Source: Octopus sinensis (Eukaryota). From it: a stretch of 64,000 bases of DNA. The stretch spans positions 87,482,001 to 87,546,000 of the forward strand of contig NC_043000.1 in NCBI RefSeq assembly GCF_006345805.1, given 5' to 3'. The notes below the pieces were generated by a model, which was given only the letters and a program-made list of their open reading frames with translations, was not told the origin of the DNA and did no database searches. A program made the position numbers and the translations under genes. This document shows positions 44,755-58,649 of this stretch, piece by piece; within the stretch, counting starts at the first letter, position 1; the number at the start of each line of letters is the position of its first letter.

Positions 44755-44970
44755 TATGTTTGTGTATCTGTTTTTGTCCTCCTACCATCGCTTGACAACC
44801 GATGCTGATGTGTTTACGTCCCCGTGAATTAGCGCTTCGGTAAAAGAGACCGATAGAATAAGTACTAGGCTTACAAAGAATAAGTCCGTGAGGTCAATTC
44901 ATTTGACTAAAGGCAGTGCTCCAGCATAGCCGCAGTCAACTGACTGAAACAAATAAAAGAAGAAAAGAAT
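44755..44970 (+). mobile_element. SINE S2, 3' half
   Basis: CATCGCTTGACAACCGATG..GTTTACGTCCCCG..GATAGAATAAGTACTAGG..GCTCCAGCAT matches the reverse complement of 31830-32010. Confidence 0.85.
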
Positions 44971-45602
44971 ATAAAATATGTAGGTAAAGCTGTAGAAAAT
45001 TACGGAATATACCAAACGAAACTCCCTTAATTGCTACAAGTAGCCTAAAATATATCTGATTTCTGCATTAAGATTGGTCCAGTTCTTAGGACATCGTGGA
45101 AGAAAAGAAAGATGGATGATGGTCACGCGTGAGCAACGAGAGAGAGAAAATGAGAAAGAGGGGGAAGTGAGGAGAGACACAGATATAAAACGGTAAAGGA
45201 GAGGAAAAGGGAATTAGAGAATGATAGGGATATATATATACTATTTCCTGTATGTTATATATATATATATATATATATATACGAACGTAGTTGAAATTTA
45301 TGGAAAAGCAAAAGACGGAGACGAGTGTATGAACAACAAGCAACAGAAAGAAATAAAAGGAATAAAAGGCTGAAAAAAATTGTAGATTTCAGCGGTCTAT
45401 TATTGCTACAATGCAAAAGTGTCGTAAGTCAAAAATGTTGCTTTTTCAGAAACCGAAATTATAACTTCACCATTCCATAGCAAAACCGTTGTACTACGCT
45501 TTGACAATTTTTGATATCTTGGCATCTGAAGCAGCTGGAGATGTTTGACCAAAAGAACCAGCTATTGAAGCAAAAGTAAATATTGAAAACGCATTTGGGC
45601 AG

Positions 45603-45634
<32 letters not shown>

Positions 45635-45642
45635 GTATATTA

Positions 45643-45689
<47 letters not shown>

Positions 45690-45731
45690 ATATATATATG
45701 TTTATATATATATATATATTATCTATCTATA

Positions 45732-45778
<47 letters not shown>

Positions 45779-45797
45779 ATATATATATATATTATAT

Positions 45798-45832
<35 letters not shown>

Positions 45833-45867
45833 TATTATTATAATATATATATATTATATATATATAT

Positions 45868-46205
45868 GTACAAGATCCCAGCAATGCCATCACGCTTCAG
45901 GACCAGCTTCTGTAACAGCCTGGGTTTCAAGGGCCCACAGCTTTTTAATATTCTCCCAAAGAGTCTGAGGAACTTGCACAAAGTAGATGTAGCGGTTTTT
46001 AAATCAAAACTGGACATCTTCCTGTCAAGAGTCCCAGATGAACCTACCTCACGGCAAGAGGTGCAAATGAGAGTAGCTGTATCAAAATCCATTCTTCTCC
46101 AAACTCCATTCTTCACCATATTAGACGAGGTTCGTCGCAATAACAGTGTAGCACAAAACGGCGGTGCATCAGCATGGCCGCAGCTCTGAGCTGAAACTAG
46201 AATAA
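45868..46205 (+). mobile_element. CR1/L2-group LINE 3' fragment
   Basis: [32 protein letters not shown]; A-rich end. Confidence 0.7.
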
Positions 46206-46223
46206 AAAAAAATATATATAAAT

Positions 46224-46580
46224 TTGGCTAAATGCGAACTTGAAATAGAAATTGGCAAAATGTGGGCTAAAACAGTACTCGTTGTCATAGGTGTACTAGG
46301 AATGATAGCAAAAGGGGCTGATTCCTACCTATATATATATATACGAGGAAACCCCAAAATGGCAGAAATTCAAAATTCAAAATATTGTGCTCATAAGAAC
46401 TGCCCATATCCTACGTAAAATACTGTCTATGTAATCTCTAATTCTAAAACAAACTCATAATGTTCTTGTGAGTTCTTAAACATTCTCTAGAATAATACTA
46501 TATGCAAAACCAAATATATGACACTCTAGTCATAACACCAACATGAGCTTCTAACTTGTCACTTGAGGTCTCTGGATGAG
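46224..46580 (+). mobile_element. R4/Dong family C-like 3' end, degenerate
   Basis: LEIEIGKMW..VVIGVLGMIAKGAD..PKMAEIQ; 3'UTR CTTGAGGTCTCTGGATGAGA. Confidence 0.7.
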
Positions 46581-46590
46581 ATTAATAATA

Positions 46591-48070
46591 AGAGCGGATG
46601 GATTCTTCCCATGTTTTGAATAATGATACATCTAGTGATGGTGTCACAATAAAAACACTGGTAATTGCGCAACCTGATAATCGCTACCTCAAATGATTGA
46701 CAATGAATAAACAAAATATTGTGAATAACGATGGTCATGAAACTGAAGCCATTGATGGTGACAGTGTTCCATCCGGCAGGTTCAGAAATTCTGGTCTGGT
46801 TCCAGGCTGTCGATATCCAAAAAGAGACCACCACACATGGCGTAGATGGAGCAAGTAAATTAATGAGGTGGTCATGGAGTGTTACTACCTGAGCAACCCG
46901 GTAGATGAAAATAGGGGTTACTGACAACGTATGTATGATCATTGGAGAGAAAAGAGATTGTTTTAACTTACGGAACAGAGACTATGTGTTCAAGCTAGAG
47001 CAATAGGAAAAATCGTTGGTTCACAGAAGTAGAGCTCGAAGCTATCAAAAAACGGGTCTTGGAAAATAGCAGCAGAGATAACGATGAAAATACAGTTCTT
47101 ACTAATATGAGTAATCCCATAGCACAGGAAAGGAGCAGTGGTAGTTTACTTGATGACACATATAGATGATCAAAAAGAAGACAATAAAACTAATGGTGAC
47201 ATGACAGATGAACAAAAGACAATATACGACAGAATAAAGGCAAGACTGCAAGAGAAAGATAGTGACGTTATTTGCAACCTTAAAAAGGTTGAACGATGGA
47301 AATTGAACCAAGAAACGAAAAATGTCAATGAAATTCTGAAATACATTAGAACAAACAACATCACAGAAATGAATAATTTGATCAAGGCAGCAAGTATTGT
47401 TGTAGAAGAAAATGTGGGTGTTGATGTCAAGAAAAAGAAATATATTTGGAGCGACAAAAGAAAAGATCAATGGTGGAAGAGAAGAATACTGGCAGGGTTA
47501 GATATGCTCTCGAAGATATGTCCAGTAGAACTGTTACAAGAGGTTTACCTCTTTGGCACTGTCAGAATAATCAGGCAAATATTAGATAGCTGTGAAGGCG
47601 CACAATAAATATTGTGAAGGCGCATGGCTCAGTGGTTAGAGCGTCGAGCTTACGATCGTGAGGTTGTGAGCTCGAATCCCGGACCGGGCTGCGTGTTGTG
47701 TTCTTGAGCAAAACACTTTATTTCATGTTGCTCCAGTTCACTCAGCTGTAGAAATGAGTTGCGACGTCACTGGTTCCAAGCTGTATCGACCTTTGTCTTT
47801 CCCTTGGATAACACTGGTGGCGTGGAGAGGGGAGGCCGGTATGCATGGGCGACTGCTGGTCTTCCATAAACAACCTTGCCCGGACTTGTGCCTGGGAGGG
47901 TAACTTTCTAGGTGCAATCCCATGGTCATTCATGACCGAAGGGGGTCTTTACCCCTTTATTAGATAGCTGAAAAAGACGAAAACCATGGTACCGTAGTAG
48001 TCTGCAGGTAGTAAGCCCGCTACGCATGCAAGACTGCAGGAGCTCCAACAAAACCTGTGATAAAAATAAA
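46591..48070 (+). mobile_element. Internally deleted R4/Dong element (family D 5' region fused to an ORF C-terminus and 3'UTR), interrupted by a SINE
   Basis: 46621-47515 is homologous to the reverse complement of 18676-17785; then ICPVELLQEVYLFGTVRIIRQILDS*, UTR and AAT-rich tail. Confidence 0.8.
47615..47957 (+). mobile_element. tRNA-headed SINE family S3 with 13-bp TSD
   Basis: TGGCTCAGTGG A-box, GCTCGAATCCC B-box-like; TSD TATTAGATAGCTG at 47580-47592 and 47958-47970. Confidence 0.9.
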
Positions 48071-48086
48071 TGATAATAATAAGGAT

Positions 48087-48218
48087 AATGGTTTCAAATT
48101 TTGGCACAAGGTCAGCTTGTTCCTGGGAGGAGGCAAGTCGATTAGATCGGCCCTAGAACTCAAATGGTACTTATTTTATCGACTCCGGAAGGATGAAATA
48201 CAAAGACGACCTCGGCGG
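48087..48218 (-). mobile_element. SINE S1, 3' half
   Basis: TTTCAAATTTTGGCACAAGG..AGTCGATTAGATCG..GGAAGGATGAAA. Confidence 0.75.
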
Positions 48219-48290
<72 letters not shown>

Positions 48291-48317
48291 TAATAATATA
48301 ATAATAAAATAATAATG

Positions 48318-48901
<584 letters not shown>

Positions 48902-48942
48902 ATAATAATAATAATAATAATAATAATGATGATGATAATAAA

Positions 48943-49006
<64 letters not shown>

Positions 49007-49045
49007 GTAGTAGTAGTAGTAGTAATAATAATAATAATGATGATG

Positions 49046-49081
<36 letters not shown>

Positions 49082-49084
<3 letters not shown>

Positions 49085-50932
49085 GAATTTTTCAAGGTGA
49101 CTCACTTTCACCTTTAATATTCTGCATAGCCCTAATACCCCTTACAAGTGAATTAAACAGAACAGGGTATGGGTATAAAATTGCCAATAAAAAATAAGCC
49201 ATCTATTTTATATGGATGACTTAAAACTTTATGGTAAAGACAATAATGAACTTGAAGGCCTATTGCGCACGTGAAAGCATTCAGCGATGACATCGGGATG
49301 GAGTTTGGACTTGAGAAGTGTGCCAAGGCCACTTTCCAGAAAGGGAAAGTGAAGACCACAAATTCAGTCGTGTTAGATGTTGACACAGTCATAAGAGAGC
49401 TTGAGCAAGAACAAACATACAAATATTTAGGGATAAATGAAGGCTCTGGTATTCAGCATGCAAGCATGAAAGAGAAAATCAGGAAGGAATGTTATAGGAG
49501 TGTTCGTGCAGTCCTGAAATCTGAACTAAATGCACGTAACAAGGTGTTAGCTATAAATTCCTTAGCAGTTCCAGTTGTTACTTATAGCTACAGTGTGTTG
49601 AACTGGAATATGAGTGAAGTAAAGAATATAGATAGAAAAATACGCAAGCTGCTGAGTTGTAATAGGATGCACCACCCAAAGGCAGACGTAGATCGCCTTT
49701 ACCTTCCCAGAGCCCAAGGAGGTTGAGGCCTGATCCAATTTGAACTAGCTTACAAAACAACCACAATTGGACTGGCCAAATATCTCGAAATATCGAATGA
49801 CTGGATGCTAAAGCTCGTGGAAAATCACGAGAGACGAAAGAAGCTTCATTCTATCATAAAGGAAAGCAAAAAATTTGCTATTGATCTCGTGCAGGATACC
49901 CAAACTGAACAACCCGAGGGAAGTACGGCAACTATTGTTACAAAGAAGGTGAAAATGATGGCAATGAAAAAAGCGCACGAGCAATTGGCTGTTAGGTGGG
50001 AGGAGAAACCTCTGCACGGCAAATATGTGACCCGCAGCAAACAAGCTGATGTTGACCAGAAGCAAACCCATCAGTGGTTACGGAGCTCAGGGCTAAAAGC
50101 AGAGAGCGAAGGTTTCATCCTGGCTGCTCAAGATCAAAGCCTATTAACCCGGAACTACCAGGCCAATGTGATGAAAAATGGAGCAGACCCAAAATGCCGA
50201 TTCTGCAACGACATGATTGAAACAGTGGACCACCTAATCTCTGGATGTAAAGTCTTAGCACCAGTGGAGTATAAATTAAGACATGACAGAGTTGGCCAAT
50301 ATCTCCACTGGCTAATAAGTCGGCATTACAATATCAAAACTGCCGACAAGTGGTATAATCACCACCCTGAGGCTGTAACTGAAGGAGAAAATGTAACCAT
50401 TCTGTGGGACTTTCCAGTACATACAGACCGAACCATCAAGGCCAATAAACCAGATATTGTTGTGAAAGACCAAAACAATAAAGTTTGCTTATGATCGACA
50501 TGAGCATCCCGTGTGATCATAATATCTCAGCGAAAGAGTTTGACAAGCTCAGAAAATATAAAGACCTACTCATTGAAATTGAGAAAATGTGGCATCTCAA
50601 GGCGGTTACAATACCAGTGATCGTAGGAGCACTAGGAATGATCAAGAAGGGAACCGAAAATTATATGAGAATGATCCCTGGCTTACCATCCCTGCAAGAA
50701 GTGCAAAAGATTGTCTTAACTGGTACAACACACGTATTGAGAAGAGCATTGTCGATGTGAGAACTGTTGCTGCTCATGTATTTTAATTTAACTTAAAAAA
50801 AAAAAAAAAAATGAACGAACTACTGAGTTTGGTTTAATGGCCTACAAATGTATACTATGAGTTTCTTTGCCATAGGAGTCGGGAAGACACTCGGCAAGAA
50901 ATGGAAGCAGATTTGAAAGAAGAAAAAAAAAA

Positions 50933-50934
<2 letters not shown>
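49082..50934 (+). mobile_element. R4/Dong LINE family B, 5'-truncated
   Basis: GIFQGDSLSPLIF, YMDDLKLY, FGLEKCAK, HPKADVDRLY, CRFCNDMIETVDHLISGC, RHDRV, KPDIVV; 3'UTR; (AAT)n on both sides; several stops. Confidence 0.93.
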
Positions 50935-50992
<58 letters not shown>

Positions 50993-51544
50993 GCCCTGAT
51001 GCAGTACCAGGCAGTGGCTCTCATGGCTTCTGATCTTAACTGATTGGAAGTGTCATCATGTACATTGTTTTTTTTTCTTGGTATAAAAGATGGGCTACAG
51101 AAAATATTCTGCTCAATACCACAGATTTGCTTGTCAGTTGTTTGACCATAACCAGTTGAGCATGTCCCTTAGTGGCTGACAATACGTGCATCTCTGATCA
51201 CGAGCAGAAGTAGTGGGGGAGCATCCTAGCCATGTGTTGAAAGTGATTCTTTGGAGTTTGAATAATTCACCTCTGGAAACATAGGTGTTTCGTTCAACAT
51301 CCTAAAGCAACCCTGTTCAGGGACCTTTTGAGCAGGATGGGCTACTCGATCTGAAGAAAATTCTAACTGGGCCCCACCTGCAAGGTCACGTGCTGTTTAT
51401 CTTGATATGAAATCACCACGTCGCGCACATATGGTTGTGATGCATGTGCCTGGTGTACCCTTATCAGACGGGTAGTCATGATGGGTATGCTGGGCTTCGT
51501 ATATTTTACCCCAGTGTCACTTTGATGACATGCACCGCTTTCTC
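50993..51544 (+). mobile_element. Non-coding element X, full length
   Basis: Same 5' start GCCCTGATGCAGTACC; ends CCGCTTTCTC then (AAT)n. Confidence 0.88.
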
Positions 51545-51580
<36 letters not shown>

Positions 51581-51622
51581 GTAGTACTAATAATAATAAT
51601 AATAATAATAATGATGATGATG

Positions 51623-51675
<53 letters not shown>

Positions 51676-51727
51676 CGTAATAATAATAACAGCAACAACA
51701 ATAATAATAACAATAATAATAATAATA

Positions 51728-51775
<48 letters not shown>

Positions 51776-51825
51776 GTATGATGATGATGGTGGTGGTGAT
51801 GATGATGATAATAATAATAATAATA

Positions 51826-51881
<56 letters not shown>

Positions 51882-51914
51882 GCGGTTTGTAATGTATGTA
51901 CAAGCGTAGCAGTA

Positions 51915-52060
51915 CTTGACTTGTATCTTGTTTTATTGATCCCGGTGGGATGAAAGGAAAAGCTCGTCGTAACGATATTAAATTCAGAATATAAAGAGGC
52001 GGAACAAATACCGCATGGCATTTTGTCTGATGCTCTAGCGATTCTGTCAATTCACCAAAT
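51915..52060 (-). mobile_element. SINE S1, degenerate
   Basis: TTTATTGATCCCGGTGGGATGAAAGG..AATTCAGAATATAAAG..GATTCTGTCAATTCACC. Confidence 0.65.
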
Positions 52061-52108
52061 TTCTCACGTTGGTTCAAAGTACATAAATTGTTTGGAATAG
52101 TTGCTCAT

Positions 52109-52303
52109 TACGAGGAGGTGCTGAAATATTCCTGGAGTTAATGGCATCCTGAAAGGCCTTGTTGGAGGCCCAACTTTCTGGCTTCTTTTACAGGGCTTAG
52201 AAAAACTAAAGGACCGCTGCAGTAAGTGTGTGAATCTGAGCGGGAGAGATGTTGAATAAAATCATAATTAACTGATTCTCCTGCATTTTTTTTTATCCAA
52301 AGC
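52109..52303 (+). mobile_element. Internally deleted mariner (MITE-like), right TIR lost
   Basis: TA-CGAGGAGGTGCTGAAA TIR-like start; mariner-like C-terminus GLEKLKDRCSKCVNL..RDVE*. Confidence 0.65.
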
Positions 52304-52315
52304 CTAGATTCTAGG

Positions 52316-52376
52316 CAAACAAGAACACGTCTTCTTTGTTCTAGGCCCTAGAACAAAGAAGACGTGTTCTTGTTTG
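52316..52376. repeat. Perfect 30-bp inverted repeat with 1-nt centre
   Basis: CAAACAAGAACACGTCTTCTTTGTTCTAGG-C-CCTAGAACAAAGAAGACGTGTTCTTGTTTG. Confidence 0.97.
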
Positions 52377-52902
52377 TCTCCTATCCTAGCTTGATTTCTT
52401 ATCTTCTATCTTCTCAACGCCGCCGGTCAAATAGCCACTGTCCCCACATACTGCCACACGCATCTAATGAAGGAATCTAAACACATGTGTAACTATACAA
52501 CTCTCAAAAATGTAAGCCTAAAGATTTAACGAACTGTTTTCTTTGTCTTTTTCGTTCCACTTTCCCTCCAATCATTCTGAAGATGTTTAGTAAATGTAAC
52601 GAGGTAAATGTAAATTTGATAAACAAAAACAGCTGTAAATGGTTCCAAATACAATTAAACTATGACTTTTAAACACCAATGGTCCACTTCTAATTGTTAA
52701 TTATTGCTCCATTTCTTATCTTCTCTATATATTAAACCATGGTTTTACCTTTAAATTACCTACCACCGTATAGGTTATAACTAGGACTATACATAGTAAG
52801 GTAATACACCAGGAGTGCCTACGGATACGTCTATCCCTTAGATGGTTGCATGACATATAACTTATATCTTGCTTATATATATATATATATTATATATATA
52901 TA

Positions 52903-52949
<47 letters not shown>

Positions 52950-53320
52950 ATATATTAATAAAATATATATATATTCTGTCTAATTCTAGTGGTAGAAATA
53001 GACAGAATTAAAGTGACAGAAGGAGGAAACCTTGAAAACCATTAGGATATGATACACACAGAGAATCATATAGTATGAATTCACGCATACATAAAGTATA
53101 TATTAATACATATAGAAAAAGTTAAATGCTAAACAGACAGGCACCATTCAATACATGAGTGGAAATACAGACGCACAGATGCACCTTGTCAAGTATATAT
53201 TAGTATTTAAAGAAAAATGAAGTTAAGTATACTTAATGACTATAACGTTATATACTTAGCGTATATACACATTCGTATATGCATAAATAAAAAAAATGTA
53301 TATCCACACAAGTAGTGACA

Positions 53321-53586
<266 letters not shown>

Positions 53587-54439
53587 CATATAGACACAGA
53601 TATATATGTACATATCTATGTGCATGCGTGATTGTATGTGTGTATCAAGTCACAAGGAAGTAAATATATAAACAAGAAGTGCCTAGATAATTGGATGTGT
53701 ATGAATCTAGTGGAACAGTAAGTAATTAACGGTATAAAGATGATTTTTCAAGTAGGTTTTGTCAAGATATAAATTAGACATGATATAGATCAGCAATAGA
53801 CTTTTTTTCGCTATCTACAATAAATTCAACCTCAAACTTCCGAATATAGAGAACCACTCTCCCTCCCTCCCTCCCTCTGTCTGTCTGTCTCTCTTTTTGC
53901 CTTCGATTCACCAGCATTTCTTAGGTTGCGAAGGACATCTTGTATTTATTCATAAAGAAACAGTCAGGGTTCCGGTAAATCAGTCATTCACATTATCACG
54001 TCCAACCATTGTACTCTCAGAAGATCCAAGCAGGTGGCCATGCTTCCAATTAAATCCCAAGCTCCTAACATTCAGATAATCAATTTCTGAATAATTGATG
54101 GCCGTGAAAGTAATAGAGTGCACGGTTAACATGCAGTTTAGGGACTAAAAAGAACGAAAGGGAATTGATCGCAAGTGACGACAATGACACCAACTAATTT
54201 CATGCAAACATATCTACGTGGCATAACTAATGTATGGATTCTATCTATATTTTATATACCCTGCAAATCGTACATATTCTTTATATTACATGAAAACCGT
54301 ATTTTAATGAAGATGAATACAATTGCATTTATGCTGCTTATAGTGCATTAGAATGATAAACCTCAGTTGCTACCAATGTATCTGTCTATCTTGGTCTATT
54401 CCAGACAATGTTATGAACTTAGAGTAAATGTAAGAAATT

Positions 54440-54605
54440 TGGTGAATTGGTAGACTCGCCAGAGCATCAGACAAAATGCTATGTTCTGGATCTTTATATT
54501 CTGTGTTCAATACCGCTACGGTGAACTTTTCATTTCATCCCACCAGGGTCGATAAAATAGAATACAAGTTAAGTATTGGGATTGACAGTATCGAATAAAC
54601 CACGC
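54440..54605 (+). mobile_element. SINE S1, degenerate
   Basis: GGTGAATTGGTAGA..TTTCATCCCACCAGGGTCGATAAAATAG. Confidence 0.65.
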
Positions 54606-56303
54606 CATCATTCGTGGGCGTCGACTTCAACTTATGAGCGCGTCCCAGCTCTGAGATATTGCACAATCCTGTGTCCGACAAATGTTCACGGGCATTCATC
54701 ATGCAGGCTTGATCAGCAAGCTTGAAAAGCAAACTTGATTAGAAGGCTTGATCAGCAGGCTTGATCCGTAGGCTTAAACGTCTATACGGAGTTTTAGTAA
54801 AAACAGAAGCTCAGTGACAGGTTGATCTGTTCTGCTGAAACAGTGGCCGTCAAATGTTAGCCGTCTTTGTTAGATTGTCTGACTGACAAGCAGTAAAGAT
54901 CCTTATAGCGACTTGTTTGATATATGGTTGGCATAAGGGATATTAAGCATTGTACAGAGCAGCTCAGGAAAATCCTGTTACTGGTACCATATAAGCCAGT
55001 ACTATCTGTTTCATGGTTGAGTGGTTGGTGGCTGACCTGGTTCCCCTACCTGGCTGGCTAGGTGCTGATAGAGCTGATAGAACTGAAAGGCTAAAAACAA
55101 GACTTGTCAAAGGGCGGATGAGTTTGTCATGAGCCAACGGCCATCCAAGCGAGTGGGGTCTCGTAAAAACATTCTACACAAGTGCTGGCAAACCGTACAA
55201 CTGATCCAAAACCATATGCACGAAAACTCCATCGAAGGACATACTTCCGAAATGCATATGATATTATAAAAAGGTTCTATATAAGTAGGTGCATGTGGAC
55301 GCAGAATAATGAGGGAATTGTACTAATAAAATGAATAAATATTACCAGTTCCTTTATGTTCTCTTTATGAAATCATGAGATGTCATTGTCATCACTTTCG
55401 GTCAAGTTACTTTCATTCCTTTCTTTTCATTTCATTTTATAAGTCTCTAAACTGCATGTTAATCGAATGCTCTCACTTGTATAGAATTCCATCTTTCAGA
55501 ACAGATCAGTTAGTATCTTAAGTAACGTTTTAAACATAGTTTCGTTGGGTGCATTTCGATCAAAAAAGCCAGGCAAAAACTGAAAATTGCGCATATCTCA
55601 CATAGCATGGTCTTAAATATAAACATGGTAACAACCTTTCTGAACTAACTTTCTTAAGGATATGTAATTAATATAATCTTCATATCACCATCTGTGTATC
55701 ATACTAAATAAATATATACAATTGACAGGGATATTGCTGTGGAATTATCAGGAAAAAAACCCCTCTTTATTGACATACTGTATAAAAAGCTCAATATATA
55801 TTGGAGCAAGGGAACCATCGTCGCGGCAGTATGTAACAAGAATGACAGATGTGTTTCACTCTTATTGGTGTTTCTAAATGCCACACACAGATTTCCATTT
55901 GTCAAGACGAAATTCGTGCATCGATATTTAGGGAACTGATGTTTTGGAAAGCTGTCGGGTTATAACAAACTTCACTGGATGCAATGCTGTTTCAATTGCT
56001 TTCACAGAATAATTTTCATATATTTCACACCTGATTATTTCATTTTTCGGTGCGTATTATTTGTCATTTTCATTAATCATATTTTTTACTCTTTCACTGG
56101 TTTCAGTCACCATTTACCAGTTTATATTCGATTCATATGCCCCTCCCGATATATGCGCACACATTTTTTCTTTCAAACGCAAACACAGGCAATTATATAT
56201 GAATGAGAAACAAAGTTGACGTTGGTGTAATTTGAACTCATAACGTAAAGGGAAACTGTCAAATGTTGTAAGCTATGTTGTCCGGTGCTCTGCCCACCCT
56301 CTG

Positions 56304-56400
<97 letters not shown>

Positions 56401-56450
56401 CATATATATATACATATATATATATATATACATACAATATATATATACAT

Positions 56451-56499
<49 letters not shown>

Positions 56500-56607
56500 T
56501 ATATATATATACATATATATATATTATATATAAATGATATCCCATAGTGAGTTCACCCATAACCCCTATCTTACTTTGTACTCTATATACATATATATAT
56601 ATATATC

Positions 56608-56644
<37 letters not shown>

Positions 56645-57706
56645 ATGTATGTATGTATGTATGTATCTATCTATCTATCTAGCTATCTGTCTGTCTGTCT
56701 ATATTTATATGATTTGGACTGTCTACGTTCAGTCCACTACAGGACAAAGGCCTCAGCATGTTCTCCACTGAAATCATACTGGTTTGGTGACCTTATTCCA
56801 GTGACTCCCAACCGATTTTTGGTCATGCCCCACCAAATCATTTCTAAAATCCTGATACCCCATTGTGATATTTAATTTCTGTTATTCAAAATTTGGTTAA
56901 TGATTACAATATTACCCAGAAACACCCCCAAAAATAGTGCAACGGACGTAAAAAAATGTGTAGGAAACGAATTTGAAAAAAAATGCGCGGAAATCAACAG
57001 GGCTGGGGGAGGACTTCGGAAACTTCACAAGATCCGTTTTTCCCTCAAGTTTTAGGAAAATGTCTTTTTTTTAAAATGAAATTTTATATAAATGCCTTTG
57101 AACTGGCATAGATTACGATTATAAAGAAATTTGTGGGGAAATCTTTTCCGAGGGGTTGAGAGAGGACTTTGGAAAATTCACAAAATCTGAGCTTTTCGCC
57201 TATAACTTGGTGACAGTTTAACGTGGACAGCGGATATAAATCCAAATTTTAAATATTCCTCTGAATATTAACGAACTTTCTTTTACTTTCACTACTCATT
57301 TTATGTACTTTTGAATCAACATAACTACAGATTTCTGTGCCCCCTACTTTGGTTGATTATAACTTTCAGAAAAATAAATATTTTTAATGAAATTATCTAC
57401 GAATATGTGTTATATCATGTAGATTCGAATATACAAAATTTTGGGGGGAAAGTATTTTAGGTGGGGTTAGGGTGAGAAATTTCACCGGAGTCCATGTCAA
57501 TTCGTTTTAGCTTTCAAGAAAATTGATATTTTTAAATAAAATTCTCTACAAATATACCTCAGACCATGTAGATTCCGAGGACATAGGAATTTTGGGAAAA
57601 ACAATTGTGTGTTATTTTTGAGAACTGTTTCCCACTCGCGGGTGTTTCTGAAAAAATCGTCCATATTTGTTTCATTTTCTCCGTTATATGCGTTTGTGCA
57701 TCCGTA

Positions 57707-57740
<34 letters not shown>

Positions 57741-58649
57741 GTAATTAGAAAAGTTCAAACGCGGAATTATTCCATTCAGTATCATGTTTGTTATAGAGAT
57801 TATGTAACAAATCATACTTCACACTTCTATATTTAACTGTGCGTGTATATTATTTATTTTTGCTTCTGGTGACTTCTGCCTTTCTATTAGAAACGTCTAC
57901 TTGGGAATTTTCTTAAAGTGAAAAAAAATCGAATGCAACAGATAAGCCGTCGTAATAACATATTTCTGTGCACCAGACCTTTAGCTTTTATTTTTAGCAT
58001 AACGAGTTTTCTGGTGAGGGCTTCATTTGCCTTCATTGTCTGTTTGTTGCTTCAGTAGAAATGTACGGATGCACAAACGCACAAAACGGAGAAAATAATA
58101 CAATTATGAAAGACTTGTTGTGAAACACCGGCGAGTGGGAACAGTTCTCAAAAATATACACTTCTTATACACACGCGTATATATATATGCTTATGTATGC
58201 CTATATATTATACATGTGATGTGGGCTTCCACGCAGTTTCCATTTGCAATATCTTTGTATGTTACTCACCAGACGTTAGTCGACTTGAGATTATATTAGC
58301 AGACACTCGTCTAAAGTACTGTGGAGTAATATTCACCTCAGAATCACATGGTTATAAAGCAAACTTCTTAACCACACTACTATACCTGCACCTAAGGACA
58401 AATAGAAAATTGATTCACCACATGTTAATTTCTGCTTAATAGCTTTGCAAAGAAACAGTCTGACAACTATTGCGCATATCACAATGGTGTGAATGCTGGA
58501 TTTTAAAATATCTGTCCCTCCATAGACTTTTTATTTTCTCTGACACTTTATAGTCTTCTATTATCATCCGCCGCCTAATACATATTCACTATCTTTGTCT
58601 TTGTTATGGCTTCTATATTCAGTATGGTGCCTATGCGACAGCTATGTAT

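Noticed and set aside
53880-54100. Possible minus-strand exon (SLGFNWKHGHLLGSSEST..)
   Set aside because: An acceptor-like AG is present, but there is no recognisable protein and no supporting neighbouring exons.
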